Notes: generated by a model not told the origin, from the sequence alone. 64,000 nucleotides of DNA from Alphaproteobacteria bacterium (GCA_017412085.1 JAFPYS010000019.1:17869-81868); one strand, 5' to 3'; positions 50,531-57,896 are shown, numbered from the stretch's first letter. Made by a program: numbers and translations.

Positions 50531-51555
50531 TTTTGGGTATAGAATCATCTTGTGATGAGACCGCTTGTGCTCTTGTCAACGAAAAGGGTGATGTGCTGTC
50601 GTCCGTTGTTTGGTCGCAGTATGATGAACATAGACGTTTTGGTGGTGTTGTGCCGGAAATTGCAGCACGCGCTCATTTGGAAAAGTGTGACATCCTCATT
50701 CGTGAATGTTTGGATAAAGCCTCTTTAGATTTCAAAGACTTATCTGCTGTTTCCGTAGCCGCTGGGCCAGGTCTTATCGGAGGTGTTTTGGTGGGGGTTA
50801 TGACGGCCAAAGCGATTGCCTTTGCACATAATCTGCCGTTCATCGCCGTCAATCATTTGGAAGGGCATGCATTGGTGGCGCGGTTAAGTAATCCCGTAAA
50901 GTTTCCGTATTTGCTGTTGTTGACCTCGGGTGGGCATTGCCAGATTTTGGAAGTAATGGGGGTCGGCAGATATAAAAAATTAGGGGCAACCATAGATGAT
51001 TCTGCGGGAGAAGCGTTTGATAAAGTGGCGAAAATGCTGGATATTGGCTATCCCGGTGGGCCGAACCTGGAAAAGCGTGCGAAGTTGGGTAATCCCAAGG
51101 CTTTTTCTTTGCCAATTCCCATGAAAGGGCGGGCAGGATGCGATTTTTCTTTCTCGGGCTTAAAGACCGCTGTGCGTTTCCAAATTGAAAAGATGGGCAA
51201 GCTGACGGATAAACAAAAAAATGATATGTGCGCCTCTTTTCAAACGGCGGTGGTGGCACAAATGCAAGATCGTCTGGAACATGCATTAAAAGTTTTCAAA
51301 AAGGATTTTCCTAACGCAAAAGATTTGGTGGTTGGGGGCGGAGTTGCGGCCAATGGTGCTGTGCGTGAGATGTTGGAAAAAGTGGCTGTAAAACACCAGA
51401 TGATTTTCTCGGCGCCTCCGATGAAGTATTGTACAGATAATGGTGTTATGATTGCCTGGGCCGGATTGGAAAGATTGCGTTTGGGACTGACCGATTCTTT
51501 GGACTTTAAAGCACGGCCGAGATGGCCATTGGAAGAACTTGACAGCAAAAAATAA
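50509..51555 (+). CDS. tsaD: tRNA N6-adenosine threonylcarbamoyltransferase
   Basis: TsaD/Kae1 blocks are present (GIESSCDET, VNHLEGH, SGGHCQ, GGVAAN). Confidence 0.95.
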   Translation: MAQKKQVILGIESSCDETACALVNEKGDVLSSVVWSQYDEHRRFGGVVPEIAARAHLEKCDILIRECLDKASLDFKDLSAVSVAAGPGLIGGVLVGVMTAKAIAFAHNLPFIAVNHLEGHALVARLSNPVKFPYLLLLTSGGHCQILEVMGVGRYKKLGATIDDSAGEAFDKVAKMLDIGYPGGPNLEKRAKLGNPKAFSLPIPMKGRAGCDFSFSGLKTAVRFQIEKMGKLTDKQKNDMCASFQTAVVAQMQDRLEHALKVFKKDFPNAKDLVVGGGVAANGAVREMLEKVAVKHQMIFSAPPMKYCTDNGVMIAWAGLERLRLGLTDSLDFKARPRWPLEELDSKK

Positions 51556-51592
51556 ATATGCTATATATTCTTTATACAGAAAAGGAGAACGA

Positions 51593-51907
51593 ATGCAACA
51601 AGTAAATGAAGCGAATTTTGACCAAGAAGTTTTGAAAAATGATAAACCTGTTTTAGTTGATTTTTCGGCTGTTTGGTGTGGGTCTTGCCGTCAGATAGCT
51701 CCATTTGTGGATCAGATTGCTGAAGAGATGTCTTCGGACCTGAAAATTGTCCAGGTAGATGTGGATGAGGCGGAACCTTTGGCGGTTAAATATGATATTC
51801 AATCATTGCCGACTTTATTGCTATTTAAAGGGGGCGAGGTTAAGGCAGCACATATCGGTGGCGCGGGCAAATCTGAGCTATTAGATTGGATTAAAGCAAA
51901 TATATAA
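51593..51907 (+). CDS. trxA: Thioredoxin (active site WCGSC)
   Basis: 104 aa from ATG 51593 (AAAGGAG SD), thioredoxin fold. The active site reads VWCGSCR where WCGPC is canonical. Confidence 0.9.
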   Translation: MQQVNEANFDQEVLKNDKPVLVDFSAVWCGSCRQIAPFVDQIAEEMSSDLKIVQVDVDEAEPLAVKYDIQSLPTLLLFKGGEVKAAHIGGAGKSELLDWIKANI

Positions 51908-51941
51908 GTTAATGAATTAATATATTGAAAAGGAAAGAAAA

Positions 51942-52376
51942 ATGCCAAAATTTTATGTGAAAAAGTTCTATCCAACTGGTGTGACCATAATTGATGAAAA
52001 GACCATTGAAGGAGATCGGAGGTTGGCCGCTGAAGAGTTGCTTGCGGAGAGTACGCGTTGTGCTTTTATTTGTTTTGAACCTAAAGAAGGTCATGGGCAT
52101 ATGAAGGCCTTGACCTATAACCCCAAATATTATCGCAGTCCAGAAGTTGTTACATTGGATGATGCCACAAAAAAACCAGAATGTGTCAAAGTTTTACATC
52201 GTGTGAATCCAAGGCTTCATCGTGCTTTGGTCAAATGCGGTGAAGATTACGTTCCTTTGGCACAAGAAGATGTGGTTTTTGATAAACAGCTAAAGTGTAT
52301 TTGGCCACAAGATCTAGGGGAAAAACAGGTGACGCCCCCAAAGGTTTCTATATTGAATAAGATTCGCGGCAGATAA
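51942..52376 (+). CDS. Hypothetical protein
   Basis: 144-aa ORF preceded by a GAAAGAAA-type weak SD. I recognise no motif. A hairpin plus T-run follows it. Confidence 0.45.
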   Translation: MPKFYVKKFYPTGVTIIDEKTIEGDRRLAAEELLAESTRCAFICFEPKEGHGHMKALTYNPKYYRSPEVVTLDDATKKPECVKVLHRVNPRLHRALVKCGEDYVPLAQEDVVFDKQLKCIWPQDLGEKQVTPPKVSILNKIRGR

Positions 52377-52392
52377 ATTTAATTCAAATAAG

Positions 52393-52422
52393 CGGGTTCG
52401 GATGATTCTAGAGCCCGTTTTT
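52393..52422 (+). terminator. Candidate rho-independent terminator
   Basis: Stem CGGGTTC / GAGCCCG (one G-U pair), 11-nt loop, then TTTTT. Confidence 0.5.
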
Positions 52423-52523
52423 ATTGGCAAAAGTTATTATTTTGTTGTCGTTAAAAATGCTCTCAGGTCAAAATTGTTGGCTAAAATCGACCAGGAGCAG
52501 GGTTCGTCTCGCCGAAAATCGTC

Positions 52524-52688
52524 CTAATTTTGATAAATGGCAGGCCGTTGCAGATAAGCTTTGCACATTTCGACTTCACGATCGGTCATTTGGTTGGGAT
52601 CTTTGTGAAGGCATAAAGTTTGCAAATCGTTTCCGCCGCTGACGCAGGCTGCCAAACCAAGACATAGAGCAATTGTAAAAATTTTCAT
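52524..52688 (-). CDS. Small putative lipoprotein (54 aa)
   Basis: The internal ATG at 52688 is preceded by AAAGGA. The signal peptide is MKIFTIALCLGLAAC with a lipobox. The longer ORF-track version starts at TTG with no SD. Confidence 0.5.
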   Translation of the reverse strand: MKIFTIALCLGLAACVSGGNDLQTLCLHKDPNQMTDREVEMCKAYLQRPAIYQN

Positions 52689-53025
52689 TTGAATCCTTTC
52701 GTTTATTTGACGAGAAGTAAGATAAGGATTGCGAAAATCATTTTCAAGCCCAAGATATACACAATTTATCCACAAAATACATAACTTATTGAAAATATTA
52801 TAAAATATATTATTCTTGCTTCTAAAATCCGTATGGATACATAATATAAATTATGCGACAAATATATTAAGAATAATTTCATAATACTCTATTAAATCAA
52901 TCAGTTATAATTTTTGTCTAAAACAAAAAATGGGGATTTTAGGCGCAATTTAAGTTGTGACAGACTTTTGGCGGGATTGCAAGCCTTTTTCGCTAAACCA
53001 TATCTATAATTCAATGGAGGTTTAA

Positions 53026-53172
53026 ATGAAATATTTATGGTTTATCTTATTTTTATTAACAATGGCATGTGTTGGGATGGGCTATATTCTAAACGATCTG
53101 ATCGACTACCTGTTCCGATCAAACCGCTCTGAGACGCAAATTGTCGTAGAAACACCCGACCTTGAACAATAA
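53026..53172 (+). CDS. Small hydrophobic ORF (48 aa), one predicted TM
   Basis: Not in the ORF track. A GGAGG SD lies 6 nt upstream of the ATG. Translation is MKYLWFILFLLTMACVGMGYILNDLIDYLFRSNRSETQIVVETPDLEQ. Confidence 0.4.
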   Translation: MKYLWFILFLLTMACVGMGYILNDLIDYLFRSNRSETQIVVETPDLEQ

Positions 53173-53200
53173 TTTTGATTTTAGGCTCTATCCACCTTGC

Positions 53201-53359
53201 TCAAAGTTGCTTAATTTCGATATTGATTAAATATTCCAGGAATGCTAGCGCTTTCAAGCTGTTTTGCATATGCAAGTTAATTAATAAAGCTTTCAAGATA
53301 TCTAGTTGTGGCAAGAGATATTGTTTAATAGCATTTTGATCAATTTTGTGTTGTTTCAT
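53201..53359 (-). CDS. Small helical ORF (52 aa)
   Basis: Not in the ORF track. An AAAGGAG SD is present. Translation is MKQHKIDQNAIKQYLLPQLDILKALLINLHMQNSLKALAFLEYLINIEIKQL. It is convergent with the 53026 ORF, and the two stops are 28 nt apart. Confidence 0.4.
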   Translation of the reverse strand: MKQHKIDQNAIKQYLLPQLDILKALLINLHMQNSLKALAFLEYLINIEIKQL

Positions 53360-53584
53360 GTTTTTACTCCTTTTGTACACATTTATATACTAAAGCATGT
53401 TTTTATAAAATACAACAAAAAAAAGCAAATAAATTAATTTTATATATTAAAAATTGTATTTTACAAAATAAAATAACAGATTTTAGATTATTTTTTATAT
53501 ATAAAGCAGTATGTTGACTATGGGGGTAAGGAACCGCATTTATCCCCCTCTTCTTGATTCGTTTTTTATTTGAAGAAAAAAGAC

Positions 53585-53613
53585 TTGATTTTTCCACTTT
53601 TTTTAAATAAAAT
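53585..53613 (+). promoter_or_regulatory. Candidate promoter for tRNA-Ser
   Basis: TTGATT (53585-53590), 17 nt, TAAAAT (53608-53613), about 30 nt upstream of the tRNA 5' end. Confidence 0.4.
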
Positions 53614-53645
53614 ATGATGGTTTTGAACATCCGTTTACTATTCGT

Positions 53646-53735
53646 GGAGAGATGGTCGAGTGGTTTAAGGCACCGGTCTTGAAAACCGGCGTGGGGGTTC
53701 CCCCACCGAGGGTTCGAATCCCTCTCTCTCCGCCA
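53646..53735 (+). tRNA. tRNA-Ser (anticodon UGA), CCA encoded
   Basis: The acceptor stem is GGAGAGA/TCTCTCC. The anticodon arm is CCGGT-CTTGAAA-ACCGG, giving anticodon TGA. It has a long variable arm (class II), the T arm GAGGG-TTCGAAT-CCCTC, discriminator G and a 3' CCA. Confidence 0.93.
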
Positions 53736-53736
53736 A

Positions 53737-53768
53737 TAAAAAAAAGCCCCGATTGCTCGGGGCGTTTT
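53737..53768. terminator. Bidirectional rho-independent terminator shared by tRNA-Ser and hydA
   Basis: An A-run, then stem GCCCCGA / TCGGGGC with loop TTGC, then GTTTTGTT. It lies between the tRNA 3' end and the hydA stop. Confidence 0.75.
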
Positions 53769-53784
53769 GTTGTCACATCGTGGT

Positions 53785-55536
53785 TTATTTATTATAAAGC
53801 GGACGCGCTGTATAATGCGTATGCAGCAACTCCTCTGCCTTTTCTGACAGTGGCTCACCCAAATATTCTTTATACAGTTTTTGAATATCTGGATTTTGAT
53901 GTGAACAACGCACTTTTGCTTTTCGGTCATCATTCATAAGACCAGCCTGGCGTGCTTTACGGACGGCATTTGTCACCCCCAAAGGTTGACCACCACCACC
54001 AACACAACCGCCTGGGCATGCCATGACTTCAATTAAATCATATGGTGTTTTTTCACCATTGGCTTTAGCGCGACGAACTTTTTCCAATACGCTGACAACG
54101 TTTTTAATCCCATGAGCAACAGCCACATGGATTTCATTGCCGGCAATATTCAAAGTCATTTCTTTAGCGCCTTCGTTTAAGTTTGTAATTTGATCAAACT
54201 CAAGGTTTTCAATTTCTTTACCTGTGATGAGATAATGGGCAGTTCTTAAGGCCGCTTCCATAACGCCACCCGAGAAACCGAAGATGGTCCCTGCTCCCGA
54301 ATAAGTGCCAAGTGGAGAGTCAGCCTCTTCATCTGGTAAGGCGTTGAAATCAACACCCATCTGTTTAATCATCCGCACCAATTCGCGGGTCGTCAATGAC
54401 ACATCAATATTCTGAATGCCGTCATGAAACATTTCTTTTGAACGTTTGATTTCCCACTTCTTGGCCGTGCAAGGCATAATGGATACAACAATCATGTCCT
54501 TTGGATCTACACCAATTTTTTCAGCATAATATGTCTTGGCGACAGCACCCAACATCGCTTGAGGAGACTTGGCGGTTGAAAAGTTGTCAATCATATCATG
54601 ATCTACTTTCTCCAAATAATCCACCCAGGCCGGACAGCAACTGGTAATCAATGGTAAACGTTCTGGTTCTTTTGTATAACGCTTTACAAATTCACTGCCC
54701 TCTTCCATAATGGTTAAGTCAGCAGCAAAGTTTGTATCAAAGACAGCCTTAAAGCCCATCCGGCGTAATGCTGCGTAGATTTTTCCTGTTACCAAATCAC
54801 CGCTTTTATAACCGAAAGCTTCACCCAAAGCCACACGTACAGCCGGTGCAATTTGGACGACACAAGTTTTTGTTGTATCTTGTAAATAGTCCCATACTTT
54901 TCCTGTTTCGTCAACTTCAGTGATGGCCCCCGTTGGACAGTGCGCCGAACATTGACCACATTTAATACATGGAGAATCTTCCAAAGGTAAATCACCAGCT
55001 GGCGCCATACGTGTATTAATGCCACGCTTTAAGGAACTTAAAGCATAGACATTCTGCACATTTTGACAAACTTGAACGCAGCGACCACATTGAACACATT
55101 TTCTGGCATCAAGTTGGATACATCCTGTGGAATCATCCACCGGTAATTCTTTTTCGGTTGGAGTAATGTTGTCAAAAGCATCTTTATCCAACGCAAATTC
55201 ACGAGCCAAATCTTGTAATTCACAGTTGCCATTTTTCAGACAGCTTAAGCAATCATTTGGGTGACGAGAAAGAATAAGCTCCACAATTGTCTTGCGGGCC
55301 TTCATGATATCTGGATCGCGCGTAATAACTTGCATGCCCTCGGCTGCTGGAGTGCAGCAAGAGCGGAGCATTCTGCCATTAATCTTGACAATACAAATAC
55401 CACATGCCGCTGTTGCTTCCAAATCTGGATGCTTACACAAAGTTGGCACAATTACCTGTGCTTCACGACAAGCGTCTAAAACACTTGTACCTTCTGGGAC
55501 TTTGACTTCAATTCCATCGATTGTTAACGTAATCAT
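53785..55536 (-). CDS. hydA: [FeFe]-hydrogenase catalytic subunit (HydA/HndD type)
   Basis: Has an N-terminal 2Fe-2S ferredoxin-like domain and two CxxCxxCxxxC motifs (CVQCGRCVQVC, CIKCGQCSAHCP). All three H-cluster signatures are present: TSCCPAW, MPCTAKKWE and EVMACPGGCVGGGGQP. The start is probably ATG 55536 by SD spacing; the ORF-track start is 55545. Confidence 0.93.
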   Translation of the reverse strand: MITLTIDGIEVKVPEGTSVLDACREAQVIVPTLCKHPDLEATAACGICIVKINGRMLRSCCTPAAEGMQVITRDPDIMKARKTIVELILSRHPNDCLSCLKNGNCELQDLAREFALDKDAFDNITPTEKELPVDDSTGCIQLDARKCVQCGRCVQVCQNVQNVYALSSLKRGINTRMAPAGDLPLEDSPCIKCGQCSAHCPTGAITEVDETGKVWDYLQDTTKTCVVQIAPAVRVALGEAFGYKSGDLVTGKIYAALRRMGFKAVFDTNFAADLTIMEEGSEFVKRYTKEPERLPLITSCCPAWVDYLEKVDHDMIDNFSTAKSPQAMLGAVAKTYYAEKIGVDPKDMIVVSIMPCTAKKWEIKRSKEMFHDGIQNIDVSLTTRELVRMIKQMGVDFNALPDEEADSPLGTYSGAGTIFGFSGGVMEAALRTAHYLITGKEIENLEFDQITNLNEGAKEMTLNIAGNEIHVAVAHGIKNVVSVLEKVRRAKANGEKTPYDLIEVMACPGGCVGGGGQPLGVTNAVRKARQAGLMNDDRKAKVRCSHQNPDIQKLYKEYLGEPLSEKAEELLHTHYTARPLYNK

Positions 55537-55538
55537 TT

Positions 55539-57260
55539 TTAGCATCCTTTCTTTTCATCATCTTTTTTCAAGAGGGCTTCATATTCCTCTGGGAAATACT
55601 TCATAGTGGACAACACCGGGTTTGGAGAAGTTTGACCAAGTCCACACAAAGATCCTTTTTGCATGGCAGATCCAATCTCTTTGATTTTTTCCAAATCTTT
55701 ACGTGTCCCCTCGCCTTTGGCAACTTTAGTTAAAAGCCGCAACATTTGATATCCACCAAGACGGCATGGAGCACATTTGCCACAAGATTCATCCACTGTA
55801 AAGCCTAGATAGAATTTGGCGATTTCAACCATGGAATCATCTTCATCCATAACAATCATACCACCAGATCCCATCATAGAACCAATTTTCTTCAATTCCT
55901 CATAGCAAAGAGGCAGATTCAATTCTTTGGCAGGAATCACACCACCGGATGGACCACCAGTTTGTACAGCCTTAAATGGCTTGCCTGTGGAGGTGCCACC
56001 ACCCACTTCTTCCACCATTTCACGAACTGTTGTTCCCATTGGCACTTCTACAAGGCCGGAGTGTTTCACTTTACCAGTCAAAGCGAACACTTTTGTTCCC
56101 TTACTTGTTTCTGTTCCAACGCTGGAAAACCAATCGGCACCATTTAAAATAATTTGTGGTACGTTAGCCCATGTTTCAACGTTATTGATAATTGTTGGTT
56201 TTTGGAACAATCCTTTTTCCGTTGGGTAAGGTGGACGTGGACGCGGTGTTCCCTTGTTGCCTTCCAATGACATCATCAAGGCAGTTTCTTCACCGCAAAC
56301 AAACGCCCCAGCTCCAATACGTAATTCAGCCATAAAGCTAAAATCTGTACCGAAAATATTCTTACCCAAAATACCGGCACGTTTGGCCTGTTTGATGGCT
56401 AATTCAACACGTTCCAAAGCAAGTGGATATTCCGCACGAACATAAAACCAGCCCGAAGTAGCGCCAGTTGCGTAAGCAGCAATGAGCATTCCCTCCAAAA
56501 CGGCGTGTGCGCCACCACCCAAAATACAAGAATCCATATAAGCACCTGGGTCACCTTCATCACCATTACAGATAATGAATTTTTCGCCATCAACCAAAGG
56601 CGCTTTGGCTAATAATTCCCATTTTTTACCGGTTGGGAAGCCGCCACCACCACGACCACGTAAGCCTGATTTTGTAATTTCATCCAACACTTGCTGCGGC
56701 GTCATTTCAAATAAACATTTAATTAAAGCTTGATAGCCGCCATTGGCCACGTACTCGCCCAAATCTTCTGGATCAGATGAGCCCAGATGTTTCAACACCA
56801 CACGACGTTGTTTTGTGAAAAATGGCAATTCCATGGAGAGCTCTTTTTCTTGTAAATGAGGTGCCAATTTCAATTCGGCTTCTGGTTTACCAAGCAAAGG
56901 CTTTACATGCTGTTCTACAATCAAATGAGCAACATCTGGTGTCATTTCTTTATATAAGAAAGGTTTACGGCCTTTAATTTCAATGCGTGTCATTGGGCCT
57001 GCAGCACACAATCCCATACAGCCCGTCGCCACCAAACGAACTTTTTCTGTTAAACCAGCCGTTTCAAGGGCAGCTTTGAAAGCTTCGTAAACACTTTGTC
57101 CCCCGCCAGAATGGCAACTTGTTGCATTGCAGGTAAAAATGGTTGCTTCATATTTAGCGTTTGTTTCTTCGAAATCTTTGCCCATTTGCAAAAGTTTGTC
57201 TTTTTGCATGCGGCCAACCGCTTTTAATTTCTCAATTTGTTCAGGCGTCATTTCAACCAT
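55539..57260 (-). CDS. hydB: NuoF-like flavoprotein subunit of the hydrogenase (HydB/HndC type)
   Basis: Has an N-terminal thioredoxin-like 2Fe-2S (CNATSC...GCMGLC) and NADH/FMN blocks (GRGGGGFPTGKKW, CNGDEGDPGAYMD). The N3-type 4Fe-4S motif is ESCGKCAPCR...LCGLGQ. The start at ATG 57260 follows AAGGAGGG, 1 nt after the hydC stop. Confidence 0.92.
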   Translation of the reverse strand: MVEMTPEQIEKLKAVGRMQKDKLLQMGKDFEETNAKYEATIFTCNATSCHSGGGQSVYEAFKAALETAGLTEKVRLVATGCMGLCAAGPMTRIEIKGRKPFLYKEMTPDVAHLIVEQHVKPLLGKPEAELKLAPHLQEKELSMELPFFTKQRRVVLKHLGSSDPEDLGEYVANGGYQALIKCLFEMTPQQVLDEITKSGLRGRGGGGFPTGKKWELLAKAPLVDGEKFIICNGDEGDPGAYMDSCILGGGAHAVLEGMLIAAYATGATSGWFYVRAEYPLALERVELAIKQAKRAGILGKNIFGTDFSFMAELRIGAGAFVCGEETALMMSLEGNKGTPRPRPPYPTEKGLFQKPTIINNVETWANVPQIILNGADWFSSVGTETSKGTKVFALTGKVKHSGLVEVPMGTTVREMVEEVGGGTSTGKPFKAVQTGGPSGGVIPAKELNLPLCYEELKKIGSMMGSGGMIVMDEDDSMVEIAKFYLGFTVDESCGKCAPCRLGGYQMLRLLTKVAKGEGTRKDLEKIKEIGSAMQKGSLCGLGQTSPNPVLSTMKYFPEEYEALLKKDDEKKGC

Positions 57261-57261
57261 C

Positions 57262-57744
57262 TTATTTGCCCTCCTTTGCGCGCCATTCATTGATAATTGT
57301 TTTCACTTTATCGGGCGTCATCTTGCCATAGGTTACCCCATTGATTACCATCACCGGTGCTAAGCCGCAGCAGCCCAAACAACGGACGACTTGAATATAA
57401 AAAAGCCCATCATCGGTTGTTGTACCGGCGGGGACTCCTAATTCTTTCTCCAACTCTTCTAATACGCTGGCGCTGCCTTTAATATGACAAGCGGTTCCAT
57501 CACAAATGGAAATAACATATTTGCCAGGAGCCTTTACTTTAAAATAGTTATAGAATGTTAAACATTCATAGATTTTTGCCATTGGCACGCCCAAAGATTG
57601 TCCAAGGTACAAGGCTTCATCCCAAGGGACATAACCGAACTGACCTTGCAATTCGTGTAATGCCATAATCAAGGAACCGCGCTTACCATTCCATTTGCGG
57701 ATAATGGCGTCAACTTTTTCTTTATTTTCGTCGTTCATCTTCAT
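57262..57744 (-). CDS. hydC: NuoE-like 2Fe-2S subunit of the hydrogenase (HydC/HndA type)
   Basis: 160 aa NuoE-family protein with Cys ligands CDGTAC and CLGCCGLAP. It is the first gene of the operon. Confidence 0.92.
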   Translation of the reverse strand: MKMNDENKEKVDAIIRKWNGKRGSLIMALHELQGQFGYVPWDEALYLGQSLGVPMAKIYECLTFYNYFKVKAPGKYVISICDGTACHIKGSASVLEELEKELGVPAGTTTDDGLFYIQVVRCLGCCGLAPVMVINGVTYGKMTPDKVKTIINEWRAKEGK

Positions 57745-57840
57745 CCTTTCTTTGCAATTGAAATACGTATGCGAGTGAGTCTATAGAAATTTTAAAGGAA
57801 AATCAAGAGAAAAAGTAATCATTTCGCATTATTTTTCTCA

Positions 57841-57857
57841 AGGATAACTTGTATCCT
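57841..57857. promoter_or_regulatory. Inverted repeat in the hydC/eamA divergent intergenic region (candidate operator)
   Basis: AGGATA-N5-TATCCT is a perfect 6-bp inverted repeat. A third AGGAT copy follows at 57860-57864. Confidence 0.3.
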
Positions 57858-57896
57858 GAAGGATTTACTCTATCTTTATGATAAAAAAGGGGAAAA

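Noticed and set aside
50849-51548. Antisense ORFs (145 aa and 102 aa) inside tsaD
   Set aside because: tsaD is unambiguous (GIESSCDET, VNHLEGH, GGVAAN). The same reasoning rejects the many 60-110-aa antisense or off-frame ORFs inside ettA, parE, secD, atpA/D, addA/B, hydA/B, pgi and others.
52440-52523. SRP (4.5S) RNA-like fragment (…caggtc…ggagcagg…)
   Set aside because: It lacks the conserved GGAA tetraloop and symmetric-loop motif, and no long helix can be drawn.
52424-52642. 72-aa plus-strand ORF downstream of the 144-aa hypothetical gene
   Set aside because: It starts inside the T-run of the upstream terminator and has no SD. It is antisense to the better-supported small lipoprotein gene (52524-52688).
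53521-53550. Imperfect GGGGGTA...TATCCCCC hairpin upstream of tRNA-Ser as a small RNA or terminator
   Set aside because: The stem has a bulge and no adjacent T-run on either strand, and I could define no promoter/terminator pair. I kept it only as part of the AT-rich island description.
53542-53554. Possible degenerate duplicate of the tRNA-Ser 3' end (ATCCCCCTCTTCT versus ATCCCTCTCTCTC), which would mark an att site
   Set aside because: The similarity is short and pyrimidine-run driven. No integrase, excisionase or second clear repeat exists in the window. A remnant is not excluded, but I cannot support the call.
53403-53939. Two ORF-track entries (53403-53933 minus, 176 aa; 53652-53939 plus, 95 aa) spanning the tRNA-Ser locus
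   Set aside because: Both run straight through the tRNA-Ser gene and its terminator and into the hydA 3' end. They have no SD and low-complexity AT-driven translations, so I treat them as spurious.
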